Below, piece by piece: positions 53,053 to 63,768 of a stretch of DNA of 64,000 nucleotides. Under the pieces are notes generated by a model. It saw only the letters and a program-made list of their open reading frames with translations. It was not told the origin of the DNA and did not search any database. Positions within the stretch are counted from its first letter, which is position 1. The number at the start of each line of letters is the position of its first letter. The DNA comes from Nitrospirota bacterium (GTDB taxonomy: Bacteria > Nitrospirota > UBA9217), in contig CAVTRN010000001.1 in the NCBI GenBank assembly GCA_963737155.1, positions 192,001-256,000 on the forward strand. Reading direction: 5' to 3'. The position numbers were made by a program, and so were the translations under genes.

Positions 53053-53287
53053 GCTGTGTTGATTATACAGGATTCGGGTATTCAGGTAAACCATAAGCGC
53101 TGGTTTGGAATAATACTCTACATCATTTCACAACGGTCTACTTGCACTGATTTTGACATCCTTCCCGGCCCAAAGACCAAGGATTCCCGAAATCAGGCTC
53201 TGCAACTACTGAGAACCCTGCAGATCCTGTTTGCAGACGCGGCAGAGATGTTTGCCGCGTTCTATATCGGCAGAACATGAGGTTGGA

Positions 53288-53480
53288 ATGAGCAGTTTCC
53301 TCACTGAAGAAGGAGATTCGCGGTTCGGAGAAACATCTGATCGTCGGTATTGATGCTGCGAAAGTGAAGCACAATGCGTTCTTCGGTACAGCGCGGGACA
53401 GGACACTGGTGAAGAATTTGGTCCGCCTGCAAGCACTCGATACTTTGGCGAATCTTCTGGCCCGGGATGTGAAGCCATGA
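53288..53480 (+). pseudogene. IS110-family recombinase N-terminal fragment
   Basis: KKEIRGSEKHLIVGIDAAKVKHNAFFG (first Asp of DEDD), truncated. Confidence 0.65.
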
Positions 53481-53643
53481 CTATGATTGCCTCAAAGTGT
53501 TCTTCCGCGCTGGTAGTTGCTCATTTATTATTTCTCTCTTTTCATCCAGAATATGGGTTATACCATTAATCCAAGTTTCTGCCATTTCCAAATTTTCCGT
53601 CAGGTCCCCATCGATATTCTTGCTATCAGAAAATATGTCAGTA

Positions 53644-54651
53644 TTACTTCCCAACTACAAGTACCGCAAAGCTATCCTTAATCATGATTGGTCTTGGCTT
53701 TGGATCTTCTGTCGTCGGTTGAGGAGCCGGAGCAAACGCGGCTACTGGCATATATATTTTTTGGGTCTTTGTATCTAGTGCCATCGTTCGCGCACTCTGT
53801 TGGGTTGGCACCGTCTCAGCATCAAATTTTCCCGGTGATGCTTCTCGGACTACCGTGAGCGTTCCTTCGCCATTTGAACTGAAGGCAAGCCCAGTCTCTG
53901 CATCAAAAACATTCGCATCAACGCCTGCCCCAATAGGGACGGTGGCAATTACTTTACCTGAATCCACGTCCATGATTGCCATTATCTTATTATGGCATCC
54001 TGAAAATGTCCGGTGATGTTCAATATCAATTGCCATGCCCGATGGTCCTTCGCAGGGTTTTAAAGAATACCTTTTGGTTATCCCGAGCTTTTTGCTGTCC
54101 AGTTCGACAATCTCGTTTGTGTCCTCGATATTTACAAAAACTCTGCCCTTATTATCAGTTGTTGCAAATTCCGGCTTGCCGCCAAGAGCAATCGTTTCCA
54201 GAACTTTGCCGGAAAGTGCATTAAAAATGGTGGCATCTTTGCTTTTCCCGTTAAAGGCGAATACCCGGAGGTAAAAAGGCTCATAGAGAATGGCATCTGG
54301 GTTCCCTCCAGTTTTAACTTGCTTGATTACCTCCAGGGTGTCTAAGTCGAATATGGAGACAGTATTTGCCTTACCATTGCTGATAAAGCCACACCTCAGT
54401 TCGGGAGCAATTGCTATTCCATGGACTCCCGGCGTGTCGGGGATATCACCAACCACCTGATCAGTCACAGTGTCGATAACCATAACATGGGTGCTACGGG
54501 AAAGGTACAGACGATGGGCAGCACTATCGACAGTCAAGTAATCCCAACCACCTTCACCTCCTAACGGGAGTTTATTAACGACGTGATAACCTGAAGCTGC
54601 TTGTGCTGTTGCATTGATGAGAAGGAAAACGGTTACAATAAGCGATTTCAT
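53644..54651 (-). CDS. YncE/YVTN-type beta-propeller exported protein, copy 2
   Basis: Collinear close paralog of 47542..48549. Confidence 0.88.
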   Translation of the reverse strand: MKSLIVTVFLLINATAQAASGYHVVNKLPLGGEGGWDYLTVDSAAHRLYLSRSTHVMVIDTVTDQVVGDIPDTPGVHGIAIAPELRCGFISNGKANTVSIFDLDTLEVIKQVKTGGNPDAILYEPFYLRVFAFNGKSKDATIFNALSGKVLETIALGGKPEFATTDNKGRVFVNIEDTNEIVELDSKKLGITKRYSLKPCEGPSGMAIDIEHHRTFSGCHNKIMAIMDVDSGKVIATVPIGAGVDANVFDAETGLAFSSNGEGTLTVVREASPGKFDAETVPTQQSARTMALDTKTQKIYMPVAAFAPAPQPTTEDPKPRPIMIKDSFAVLVVGK

Positions 54652-55216
54652 GACAATCCTTTCCTTGCAGAAGCATATTATTATGACACTTGATATCTAT
54701 AAAAGCCTAATATTCATACTTTGCGAAGCAATATAACACAGAAGATTGCTTATGGAACATCTTAATTGAAAACAGCAGGCAGGCTCGCTCTTTTAATCGA
54801 TTTAATGTCCCGCTGCAATTCCTAGAAGTTATTACTTCAAAATGAGTTCTGAACGTGCTGTTGAGAATGAAATCGAAACGAACGAGTTTCTTCGGAACCG
54901 CGATATTTGGCATGGCCATGAAATAGAGGTTTTGCCGTACAATCCATCCGGATGTTAAACTCACTTTTGAGAAAGTCAAATCTTACCCGCACATGGGAAA
55001 CAGCCCAACCTTGAGGGGCTGGATTGTCTTAATAAATTAGCGAATGTAAAATTGGCATTTCCACCCGTAAAAACAACAAGAACAGAATATACCACGCTTG
55101 CCCTTTTTTGGCCATATCAGGGATTCCAGGAGGGCGATGCCCACAGAGGCGTCCCGAAAACCTAAGAAGGCGTTCTACAGACTTAAAAGGATCACCACCC
55201 TTTTCAATGCGGATCC

Positions 55217-57064
55217 TTATCTTCTTTGTTTCTTTGCCAGCATCTCAGTCTCATGAAGCAGTTTTTCCACTTCACCCAGCCCGATGTCCCAGAAGTGCTT
55301 GTTCCCGATATCGATCCCCAGTTTTTTGAAGATGTTTTTTGGAGATTCCGAGAGGCCTGCGGAAAGGAACTCCTTTACCTTGATGATAAATGCCGGGTCT
55401 TTTTTCACCGAATTCTGGAGCGACTTGGAAATCAAGAGGCCGCTCGCATAGGAATAGACGTAGAAAAAATACCGGATATGGCTCCAATAAATCCACCAGT
55501 TCTCCGAGCCTGCCGACTGCTCGACTGCTTTGCCCATGTAGGATGCCATGTGCTTTTGAAACAGTTTCCCGATATCGCCTTTTGAAAGATACCCCTTTGC
55601 GCGGAAGGCCGCATGCAGCTCCTGCTCGAACCGGTAGCAAGCCACCTGTCTGAAGATCGACGAAACGTCATCATTGAGCTTTTGCATCATCATCGCCAGC
55701 CTCAGTTCATCGTTTGCCGAACGGAGAATCTCCTCAAGCACGAAGTCTTCCATGAAGGTGCTTGCCACCTCGGCCGTCGATGTCGGCGTGCCGAAGTCGA
55801 GGGCGTGCTGCTTCTCCCGGATCAGTTCATTGTTGACGCCGTGGCCAAGTTCATGGGCGATGGTCAGAACGTCGTGTAGTTTGCCTGCATGGTTCAGCAG
55901 TATATAGGTGGGCTGAGAAATAAGGTGATGGATGCAGAATGCGCCGCTCTCCTTACCCTTGCGAGGATAGACGTCGATTTGCCCGTTTTTGATGAACCCG
56001 GCAAAGATGTCACCGAACTGCTTGTCGAGCCCGTTCATCACTCCGTAGACGAGGTTCACGGCCTTCGCATAGGGGTATCTCCTGGAGACGTCGCCGTATT
56101 CGACGTTCCGGTCATGGTACTCGAGGCGCTTGACCCCGATCAGCTTTGCCTTCAGCGCGTAAAATCGGGAAGGGATGTCGAAGCGTGCAGCCACCGAGCT
56201 AATGAGCGTATCCACAACCTCGCTGTCGATGTCGTCGGCAAGATGCCTGAGTGCATCGGGCCGGGGCGTGCCGCGCAGCTCGTCATCGGTCTTCTTGTTC
56301 GCAAGCACTGAGTTCAACTCCGCCTCAGCGACCTCGGCGTTCTTCTGCAAGATGTCGTTGAAGGCCCTCGCCGCTGTGTCGCGTACGCGCTTGTCCTTGC
56401 TGTTCATCAAAGCGATGATCTCTGTGAATGGCTTTACTCTCCTGACGCCATTCTCGGTAATGACGGAACGCTCTTCCTTTGAAAGAAACCCTGATGTCAT
56501 TTTCGTCCAGTTTGCATATGATGTGGCTGATTTAAGATTTAATATTTTTTCCTCGGCTTCGCTCAAATGATAGCGTGATTCCGCGAATATCCGCTGCAGG
56601 AAATGCCGGTACTTCGCGAGTCCGTCGTAGACCAGAAATTTCTGCTGTATCTCCGGTTTGATCCTCGCAATGCGGAGGTAAAAAAACTGAATGTCATTTT
56701 CAATCTTCTTGCTGAATTCCTCGATCTTATTGAATTTTGCCTTGAGTTTCGGATCGTTCTGGTCCTGCTGGGTACGAAGCCAGAAATAGAACCCCTCGTT
56801 TCCATCGGATCCGTACAGGCGCTTCCATGATTCGTATTGGTCAAGAGCCCGCCGCAGGATCGCTGGGTCATCGAGATAATCCGACCGGTCCTTCCAGGTG
56901 TCGATGAACTCATAACTTTTCCGCTCGATGAGGACTCTCTGTTTGGCCATCAACGGATCACTGTCGCCGATGAACAGCGGCTGGAGCTTCCAGACGGTAT
57001 GAGGGATCGAAAGTGTCTTTTCCTGTGTCTTGCCTTTTGTCGCTGCTTTTCCTGTTGGTTTCAT
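55217..57064 (-). CDS. pepF: M3 oligoendopeptidase F
   Basis: GKESGAFC, TIAHELGHG, AEVASTFME and FYVYSYA motifs. Confidence 0.9.
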   Translation of the reverse strand: MKPTGKAATKGKTQEKTLSIPHTVWKLQPLFIGDSDPLMAKQRVLIERKSYEFIDTWKDRSDYLDDPAILRRALDQYESWKRLYGSDGNEGFYFWLRTQQDQNDPKLKAKFNKIEEFSKKIENDIQFFYLRIARIKPEIQQKFLVYDGLAKYRHFLQRIFAESRYHLSEAEEKILNLKSATSYANWTKMTSGFLSKEERSVITENGVRRVKPFTEIIALMNSKDKRVRDTAARAFNDILQKNAEVAEAELNSVLANKKTDDELRGTPRPDALRHLADDIDSEVVDTLISSVAARFDIPSRFYALKAKLIGVKRLEYHDRNVEYGDVSRRYPYAKAVNLVYGVMNGLDKQFGDIFAGFIKNGQIDVYPRKGKESGAFCIHHLISQPTYILLNHAGKLHDVLTIAHELGHGVNNELIREKQHALDFGTPTSTAEVASTFMEDFVLEEILRSANDELRLAMMMQKLNDDVSSIFRQVACYRFEQELHAAFRAKGYLSKGDIGKLFQKHMASYMGKAVEQSAGSENWWIYWSHIRYFFYVYSYASGLLISKSLQNSVKKDPAFIIKVKEFLSAGLSESPKNIFKKLGIDIGNKHFWDIGLGEVEKLLHETEMLAKKQRR

Positions 57065-57342
57065 TCCTGCTCCTTCACGAATCATTGATCCGCTTCTTTA
57101 TGCCAAGTATACTAAAAAAACGCGCACACTACGCAGCGAAGGTGAACTTACCGCGGCCTAGGAAGGATGCCCCCTCAATTATCACATGCTAAATTAATTC
57201 TTGACATCCTCCGTTCTGTGTGAGAAAATCGTCCTGAAGTTCGGAAGTCTTTGTTGCAAAGAGGTCGCAAAGATTTACGCTTTGCGGCTTTTTTTGTGAC
57301 ATTTCCGCATCTTCAATATCCATAGAAGGAGGTTGAACCTGA

Positions 57343-57543
57343 ATGGCTAAAGGAACCGTAAAGTGGTTCAATGATTCCAAGGGATTTGGATTCATTACCA
57401 AAGAAGACGGCGGAGATGTTTTCGTCCACTTTTCCGACATCCAGGACAGCGGCTTTAAGTCGCTGGCTGAAGGTCAAAACGTGACGTTCGACGTTGTTGA
57501 CAGCCCAAAGGGCCCCAAAGCAGCAAATGTCGTAAAATTCTAA
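57343..57543 (+). CDS. Cold-shock protein
   Basis: [21 protein letters not shown]; long leader after TTGACA at 57201. Confidence 0.97.
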   Translation: MAKGTVKWFNDSKGFGFITKEDGGDVFVHFSDIQDSGFKSLAEGQNVTFDVVDSPKGPKAANVVKF

Positions 57544-57556
57544 ACACCTAACCTTT

Positions 57557-57598
57557 AAAGGCAGGCCTCTAGAAAACGGAGGACTGCCTTTCTTTTTT
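57557..57598 (+). terminator. Terminator between convergent csp and tpx
   Basis: AAAGGCAG...CTGCCTTT stem followed by a T tract. Confidence 0.65.
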
Positions 57599-57619
57599 CA
57601 CAATTCTCCTGCCCCTCGT

Positions 57620-58150
57620 TTATGCGGCCTTTTCCCTCCCCGTGATCTCTTGCAGCGCCCGCAATGCCATCTCATAGTCTGGGTGGTTCGACTGCTCCGC
57701 AACGATCTCCTTGTATCTGACGATGTCGTTCTTATCAATGATAAAAATGGATCGCGCCAGAAGTCGCAGCTCCTTGATCAGCACGCCGTATGCCGTACCG
57801 AAAGCCGCATCCCGATGGTCGGAAAGAGCCTTCGCCTTGTCAATCTCGGCGGTCGCGCAGAAACGCGCAATCGCAAAGGGCAGATCCATGCTGACGTTCA
57901 GCACTACGACGTCATGGGGCAGGGAAGCCGCCTCGCTATTGAACCGCCTGAGTTGAAGATCACACACCGGCGTGTCGAGCGATGGTGTTACGCTGATGAT
58001 TTTCGTCTTTCCTGAAAAATCCTCCAGCCTGACTTCGGCAAGCGTTGCGTCAAGTACCGCGAAATCCGGGGCACGATCCCCGATCTTGATATCGGGACCA
58101 ACAATGGTAAGCGGTTTTCCTTTCATTTTTATGATCTCTTTTCGCTCCAT
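57620..58150 (-). CDS. tpx: Thiol peroxidase
   Basis: PSLDTPVC, SMDLPFA..RFC and LLARSIF motifs. Confidence 0.93.
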   Translation of the reverse strand: MERKEIIKMKGKPLTIVGPDIKIGDRAPDFAVLDATLAEVRLEDFSGKTKIISVTPSLDTPVCDLQLRRFNSEAASLPHDVVVLNVSMDLPFAIARFCATAEIDKAKALSDHRDAAFGTAYGVLIKELRLLARSIFIIDKNDIVRYKEIVAEQSNHPDYEMALRALQEITGREKAA

Positions 58151-58405
58151 ATTGATGCTCCTTTCATGAAAAGCGGTTCAATCGATGGCTTTTTTATCGC
58201 CGGCGCAATAACGACTGTAATTCACTAACTCCTATCCTAGAAAAAAGATAGAGCACCTCGGCAGCTTTGTCAAGTAGTGATCCGAAGCGCAACGCAAAGG
58301 TCGCAGAACCGCTGCATAACCGGCTTTTCGCTCCACGGGGGGAATCTTTTTTGTTTTTTCCTCTCATGCTACTATGGTATAATCATGTGCATGATAAGCG
58401 AGATA

Positions 58406-59926
58406 ATGCCCCTCGACCAGGTACTGCAGAAGCGTGCAGCCATCTCATCCCGTGCCATATTCGTCAAGTTCGAAGGGAAGAAATACACCTATAAAGAAAT
58501 GGACCGACTGTCCACAGTTTTCGCAGCGGAGCTGGTCCGGAGGGGCATGAAACCGGGCGATCGGGTGGCCCTTCTCTGCCATAATTGCCCGTACTTCATT
58601 GCAGCCTATTTCGGTATCGTACGGGGAGGTGGCATCGCGCTGCCGCTCAACAACCTCCTGACCGCCGAGGAAATCGATTTTATCCTAAGCGACGCCGGCG
58701 TGACGATCTGTCTGTATGATGCCGACTCCGCCTGCACGGCAGAGAAGCTGACTCGCGTCGACGGCCGGTCCGATCTGATCATAAGCCAAGTGGCGCACGC
58801 GGACCTTTCCGGGGAAGCATTCCAATCGCCGCCGCACACGGCTGATGATATCGCGACTATCTACTATACGTCAGGGACCACAGGGCGGCCCAAGGGCGCC
58901 CTCCTCTCGCACCGGAACGTCCTTACGAATGCCATAGCCGCAACGGAAGTGATCGGCGTAACCCACAAGGACCGGTTCATCTTGTTCCTGCCGCTGTTTC
59001 ATTCTTTTACCTATACGGTCTGCGTTGTCCTCCCGCTCGTCACCGGCGCGATGATATCGCTTCTTCCTTCGGTAAAGCCCTTCTCTCGTGTTGTAAAAAA
59101 GCTGATTGTCGACCGGATCACCCTGTTCGTCGCCATACCGACGGTCTATAAGATTCTGGCAGAGAAGAACATGCCCTTCTTCGTAAAGCCCCTGCTCAAT
59201 CTCCGGCTCTGCGTTTCTGGCGCGGCACCGCTGCCGGTAAAAGTGATCCATGCGTTCGAGAGCGCTTTCAAGGTACCCCTTCTCGAAGGATATGGTTTGA
59301 CCGAGGCCTCTCCTGTGGTATCCATTAACCCCTTGGAAAAAAGCAAAAGGAAACCAGGCACTGTGGGGCTTCCTCTCCCGGGCGTAGAAGTCAAGGTTGT
59401 TGACGACAGCGGTTACCAACTTCCTCCGGGTATTGCCGGGGAATTGCTGGTAAAGGGTCCGAATGTTATGCAGGGTTATCTGAACAATCCCGAGGCAACG
59501 GCGAAAACCCTCAAGAACGGATGGCTCTACACGGGCGACGTAGCGTCTATCGACCAGTCGGGGCACATAAGAATCATCGACCGCAAAAAAGACATGATCA
59601 TCGTTGACGGGCTCAACGTTTATCCTTCCGAGGTTGAAGAAGTGCTCTACCGGCATGAGGCGGTCAAGGACTGCTCAATGATCGGCATGCCCCATGAAAT
59701 CGAAGAGGGCAAGGAACTGGCCATTATGTACGTGGTGCTGAAGGAAGGCAAACAGGTCGCGCCCAGGGAGCTCCGAGAATATCTCACCGCGCATGTGGCC
59801 CACTACAAAATCCCGCGGCGGTTCATCTTCACCGATGACCTCCCGAGGACCGGGACGGGTAAAATCATGAAAAAAGAGCTCCGGAAGTTCTATCGTCAAA
59901 AAGAAATGACACACCCCTCGCCCTAG
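58406..59926 (+). CDS. Long-chain fatty acid-CoA ligase
   Basis: YTSGTTGRPKG, EGYGLTE, TGD and PRTGTGK motifs; start uncertain (58385-58406). Confidence 0.9.
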   Translation: MPLDQVLQKRAAISSRAIFVKFEGKKYTYKEMDRLSTVFAAELVRRGMKPGDRVALLCHNCPYFIAAYFGIVRGGGIALPLNNLLTAEEIDFILSDAGVTICLYDADSACTAEKLTRVDGRSDLIISQVAHADLSGEAFQSPPHTADDIATIYYTSGTTGRPKGALLSHRNVLTNAIAATEVIGVTHKDRFILFLPLFHSFTYTVCVVLPLVTGAMISLLPSVKPFSRVVKKLIVDRITLFVAIPTVYKILAEKNMPFFVKPLLNLRLCVSGAAPLPVKVIHAFESAFKVPLLEGYGLTEASPVVSINPLEKSKRKPGTVGLPLPGVEVKVVDDSGYQLPPGIAGELLVKGPNVMQGYLNNPEATAKTLKNGWLYTGDVASIDQSGHIRIIDRKKDMIIVDGLNVYPSEVEEVLYRHEAVKDCSMIGMPHEIEEGKELAIMYVVLKEGKQVAPRELREYLTAHVAHYKIPRRFIFTDDLPRTGTGKIMKKELRKFYRQKEMTHPSP

Positions 59927-59950
59927 CAGATGCGCTCGCGCAGGTCCATA

Positions 59951-60763
59951 ATGGCCATTGACCGTCTGATCCAGGCCCCACCCCGTTCGAGCGCTTTTGG
60001 CATCGTCATTATTATCATTGACGTCGTCCTTCTCTCCATCATTCCTTTTTCGTTGACCATCAGTGCCTGGACGGTAACGACCTCGCTCGCGCTTGTCACA
60101 GCCGCGGTGGTTGCACGAGACCTTCAGTCGTTGCATCTTTCAATCTTCACAGGAGTGCTCATCGCCGCGCCCTATCTCTATCCGCATTTGCGCGCATGGC
60201 CTTTCGCCCTCCTCATTCCGATTTTTTGCTACGGTATCATCGTTCTGATAGTGCCGGGCCTCAGGACATCGGTCCTCTGGATCCGGAGAGGCGCTCTGGA
60301 TAAAAATGCAGCCATTGCTGCCACCATAATTTCCATAACAGCCGGAATTGCCCTCGTCCTCTGGTTTATAATACTCAAACCCGACTTGTCTGTACAGCTG
60401 AGCCACATGCCCAACATGCCAATCTGGCTTTTTCCAGTCGCTGGCGTTATCTTTGCATCTGGCAATGCGGCGATGGAGGAATTCGCATTTCGAGGAATAA
60501 TCATGCAAGCTCTCGACAGCGCTGGGGGCACGGGGATCATCTCCGTCCTCGTCCAAGCGTGGCTCTTCGGCGCTATGCATTATCTGCAGGGTTTTCCGAA
60601 AGGGGCGGAGGGCGTCATCATGACCATTGCCTACGGAATCATGCTCGGCTGGCTTCGACAGCATAGCCGGGGCATGCTCGCGCCTTGGATAAGCCATCTG
60701 TGCGCGGATATGGTTATCTTTACCATTCTTGCGTGGATTATGCTCTCAAAAGCCGGTCAATAA
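59951..60763 (+). CDS. CPBP (Abi/CAAX) intramembrane metalloprotease
   Basis: EEFAFRG, FGAMH and HLCAD motifs; multiple TM segments. Confidence 0.88.
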   Translation: MAIDRLIQAPPRSSAFGIVIIIIDVVLLSIIPFSLTISAWTVTTSLALVTAAVVARDLQSLHLSIFTGVLIAAPYLYPHLRAWPFALLIPIFCYGIIVLIVPGLRTSVLWIRRGALDKNAAIAATIISITAGIALVLWFIILKPDLSVQLSHMPNMPIWLFPVAGVIFASGNAAMEEFAFRGIIMQALDSAGGTGIISVLVQAWLFGAMHYLQGFPKGAEGVIMTIAYGIMLGWLRQHSRGMLAPWISHLCADMVIFTILAWIMLSKAGQ

Positions 60764-60789
60764 ACCACATTTATTTGCATTACCATACA

Positions 60790-60857
60790 GTCCTCAAACC
60801 ATAGCGTTTAATCCCCGCCAGCTATGGCGACAGCCGAACAGTGCTGCTACCGGTTAA
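60790..60857 (-). ncRNA. Orphan omegaRNA-like / TnpB right-end-like sequence
   Basis: 26/27 and 13/14 identical blocks to 21139-21205 at identical spacing; both hairpins retained; no tnpB nearby. Confidence 0.6.
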
Positions 60858-61226
60858 GATCGAGGCAGCTCTGCAGAGAAGAAAAGTCTTGCAGTCAAAC
60901 CCGCGTATCTCGGAGTGATCAAACGCCGCAATAGTCGGCCCCATCCCTTCTTATGCTCACGAGCAAGTTGACCATTTAACCCTTGAAACAAGAAGGGACG
61001 AAGAGCTGTTTTTTCTTTTGGCGCCGTCATCCATTTCAGGATCATGCCGAATCATTATCGACGCCGAAAGTATCAAGGCCGCAGGTTTATTTCGGTGTAA
61101 TGACAGGATCGCGGAGGAGGAGGGAATGTGGATAGTCGAAGAACGTCAAGCCGCTAGAACAGATTCCAACAGGCGTATAATATAAGAAGAGGAGAGGATT
61201 ACTGTTTTAAAGAAAGGGGCCAGTCA

Positions 61227-61940
61227 ATGGTACAGGTTCGTGATCCAAAAAACATTTATCAGATCTCCGGCGAGATCGAAAACGGCAACTTCCACGGCAG
61301 ATGGCATTTCGCCTTTGGCGATTATTTCGATCCGGGTTTCATAGATTTTGGCGAACTCCGCGTCTTTAATGATGATACACTGACGCCCGGCGCGGTCTGG
61401 CCGCTTCACCCCCATAAAAACAACGAGGTCGTCACCTACGTTGCCGATGGGGAGTTCAGACATGCGGACGAGCGCGGCAAGGGAGGCGTTCTCAAAAAAG
61501 GAGGCGTGCAGCATACAACAGTGGGCCGTGGCATGTCGCACGCGGAGATCAACAACCGTCCGGACAAACCGATGCGGTTCATCCAGATGTGGTTCTATCC
61601 GTCCAGACAGGGGCTCGAACCCGCTGTAGAGCAGAAAGCAATCGAGAAGGAGAGCAGAACCGATCGCTTTCTTCCGCTTGTATCGAACCGTGATGAAGGT
61701 AGCCTCCCGATTGTATCCGACGCCAGGGTTTTATCCAGTTTTCTGCATGCCGGGAAAACAGAGCATTATGATCTTGAGGCCGGACGCGGAATCTATCTTT
61801 ACGTGATAGAGGGAGGGCCGATTACCGTGAACAGCGCAAGAGTGCCGCCCCTGGGCGCGGCAATGATCACCGAAGAATCAGCGATAGATGTGGTTGCTGA
61901 AAACGATGCCGAGCTTCTCATGGTGGACGTGAAAAAGTAA
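61227..61940 (+). CDS. Pirin family protein
   Basis: LRVFNDD, HPH..E, FRHAD, SHAEIN and FIQMW motifs. Confidence 0.92.
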   Translation: MVQVRDPKNIYQISGEIENGNFHGRWHFAFGDYFDPGFIDFGELRVFNDDTLTPGAVWPLHPHKNNEVVTYVADGEFRHADERGKGGVLKKGGVQHTTVGRGMSHAEINNRPDKPMRFIQMWFYPSRQGLEPAVEQKAIEKESRTDRFLPLVSNRDEGSLPIVSDARVLSSFLHAGKTEHYDLEAGRGIYLYVIEGGPITVNSARVPPLGAAMITEESAIDVVAENDAELLMVDVKK

Positions 61941-62069
61941 TTGATCGTGATAAAGCGGAAGATGTCCTTGTAAAATGACGGGAGGGCGAAGCGAGAATAT
62001 GATATGCATCAACCCGGATGGTGGGTTGCGAAAGGATTTTATCAGAGTGAAGTGTAACAACTCGCGGTC

Positions 62070-63242
62070 TCAGGCAGTCGTGGATTTCGTCTTCTTGACC
62101 TTCCTGCTGCCTTCATACAGATCGTATTCAAGCAGCCTGCATTCAATATTGCTGTTAAAAAACTGCCAAGTCTGTATCGGTTTAAGGCTTATTTTTTTCG
62201 CGAGCGTCGGGTTTCCCGTAAAAACATACCCTGTATACCCTTTGCATTTGTGCTTTAAAAAATCGCCAATATTCTTATAGGCCGCTTCAAGCTTCGCAAT
62301 CTCACCCATCCGCTCACCATATTCCGGGTTCATGACGATCACACCGCTGCCTTCCGGGGCCGGCGTATTGGAGAAATCGCACACGCTGAATTCGATTAGA
62401 TGCTCCACGCCGGCAGTAGTTGCGTTTTTCCGGGCAGCCTCCACCGCTGACGGATCAATATCTGTTGCGATAATCCTGCCGGAAAGGGATTTCCTCGATA
62501 CCTGCCTGGCTTTCTCGCGCAACAGGCTCCAGGCCTTCTCGTCATAACTTTTCAAGTGCATGAAGCCAAAGTTGCCCCGCAGCAGCCCCGACGCCCTGTT
62601 GAGGCCGGCAAGCGCTGCTTCGATGGCAAGAGTGCCGCTGCCGCACATGGGGTTGATAAAGACGCTATTGCCGTCCCACCCCGTTGCCTGCACGACCGCA
62701 GCAGCCAGCGTCTCCTGCATGGGCGCGTTGAGAGGGATTTTCCGATAACCGCGCCGCGACAGCGGCTCACCCGAGGTATCGAGATACACGGTACCGCGCT
62801 CTTCCTTCCAGTACAGGTGGATTACCGTCCTGTTCCGTTTAGATCCCGAGTCGGGACGCTGCCCGGTTTTTTCCTTGATGCGGTCGACGATGGCGTCCTT
62901 GCATTTCAGCGTCGCATAACGGGGATCTCTGATATTTGCGTTTTCCACGCTCGATGTGACACAGACATAGCCGTCGTCGGGGATGAATTCCTCCCAACTG
63001 ACAGCGGTCAACTGCCTGTACAGCTCATCGGGATCGTCAGCCTTGAACTGCCTGAGCGGAAAAAGCACCCGGTGTCCGGTCCGCACAAAAAGATTAAGGC
63101 GCAAACAATCATCAAGCGTGCCTTCGGTCTCAACACCAGCAATGTTCTCGGACAAAACCGGGAGCCCCAGAGAAAGGACCTCCTGTTTTAGAAAAAGCGG
63201 TATCCCTTTGGGACAGGTAATGAGAATGGGAGTTTTGGACAT
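62070..63242 (-). CDS. THUMP-domain RNA methyltransferase (RlmL-like)
   Basis: LDTSGEPLSRRGYR, APMQETLAAA, NPMCGSGT and MNPEYGER motifs. Confidence 0.9.
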   Translation of the reverse strand: MSKTPILITCPKGIPLFLKQEVLSLGLPVLSENIAGVETEGTLDDCLRLNLFVRTGHRVLFPLRQFKADDPDELYRQLTAVSWEEFIPDDGYVCVTSSVENANIRDPRYATLKCKDAIVDRIKEKTGQRPDSGSKRNRTVIHLYWKEERGTVYLDTSGEPLSRRGYRKIPLNAPMQETLAAAVVQATGWDGNSVFINPMCGSGTLAIEAALAGLNRASGLLRGNFGFMHLKSYDEKAWSLLREKARQVSRKSLSGRIIATDIDPSAVEAARKNATTAGVEHLIEFSVCDFSNTPAPEGSGVIVMNPEYGERMGEIAKLEAAYKNIGDFLKHKCKGYTGYVFTGNPTLAKKISLKPIQTWQFFNSNIECRLLEYDLYEGSRKVKKTKSTTA

Positions 63243-63363
63243 GCAAGAGGACTAAACGATGTATAAAATAGTTACCCCGCAGAAGCCTTCTGCATCCGGA
63301 GCGGCTGCCCATCTTCCTGAACAGCTACCCCCGGATCCTAGACTTCCGCGGCAATACACGGCT

Positions 63364-63768
63364 TCACGAGTTTGACGAAGCCATCAGGCGTTCCTTGTCC
63401 TTGAAGAGAACGTCGCATTTGTTCAAATAGATCTTTCTCACGACACCTTTGCCGAAGGTGTTATGGAGCACAACGTCGCCAATGCGGTACTTGCCCCCCA
63501 TATCATACGAGCGTTCCTTGCCCTTGGCCTCGGACAGACAGGTTTCCCAAAGAGTCTCTGCGGCTTTTACGGCGTCTTCTTTCTTCTTTACGGTCCGGGG
63601 CTTTTTTACATCCGCAGGATCTTTGAATTTGTGCGTGCCTCCGCAGGTTTTGCATGTAACCTTAACAATCGTGCCGCCGTCTACAGCTGCAACAACATGA
63701 TCAAGGGACAGCTTGCACTTAGTACAGTAGGCCTCGATATTATCCCCTGCTGAACATTTTTCCAACAT
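63364..63768 (-). CDS. Zn-ribbon hypothetical protein
   Basis: CTKC...CKTC; C-terminal HNTFGKGVV SH3/Tudor-like segment. Confidence 0.75.
   Translation of the reverse strand: MLEKCSAGDNIEAYCTKCKLSLDHVVAAVDGGTIVKVTCKTCGGTHKFKDPADVKKPRTVKKKEDAVKAAETLWETCLSEAKGKERSYDMGGKYRIGDVVLHNTFGKGVVRKIYLNKCDVLFKDKERLMASSNS

Noticed and set aside
60854-61045. 63-aa ORF as a TnpB C-terminal remnant
   Set aside because: Only vague resemblance to the TnpB tail and no RuvC motif
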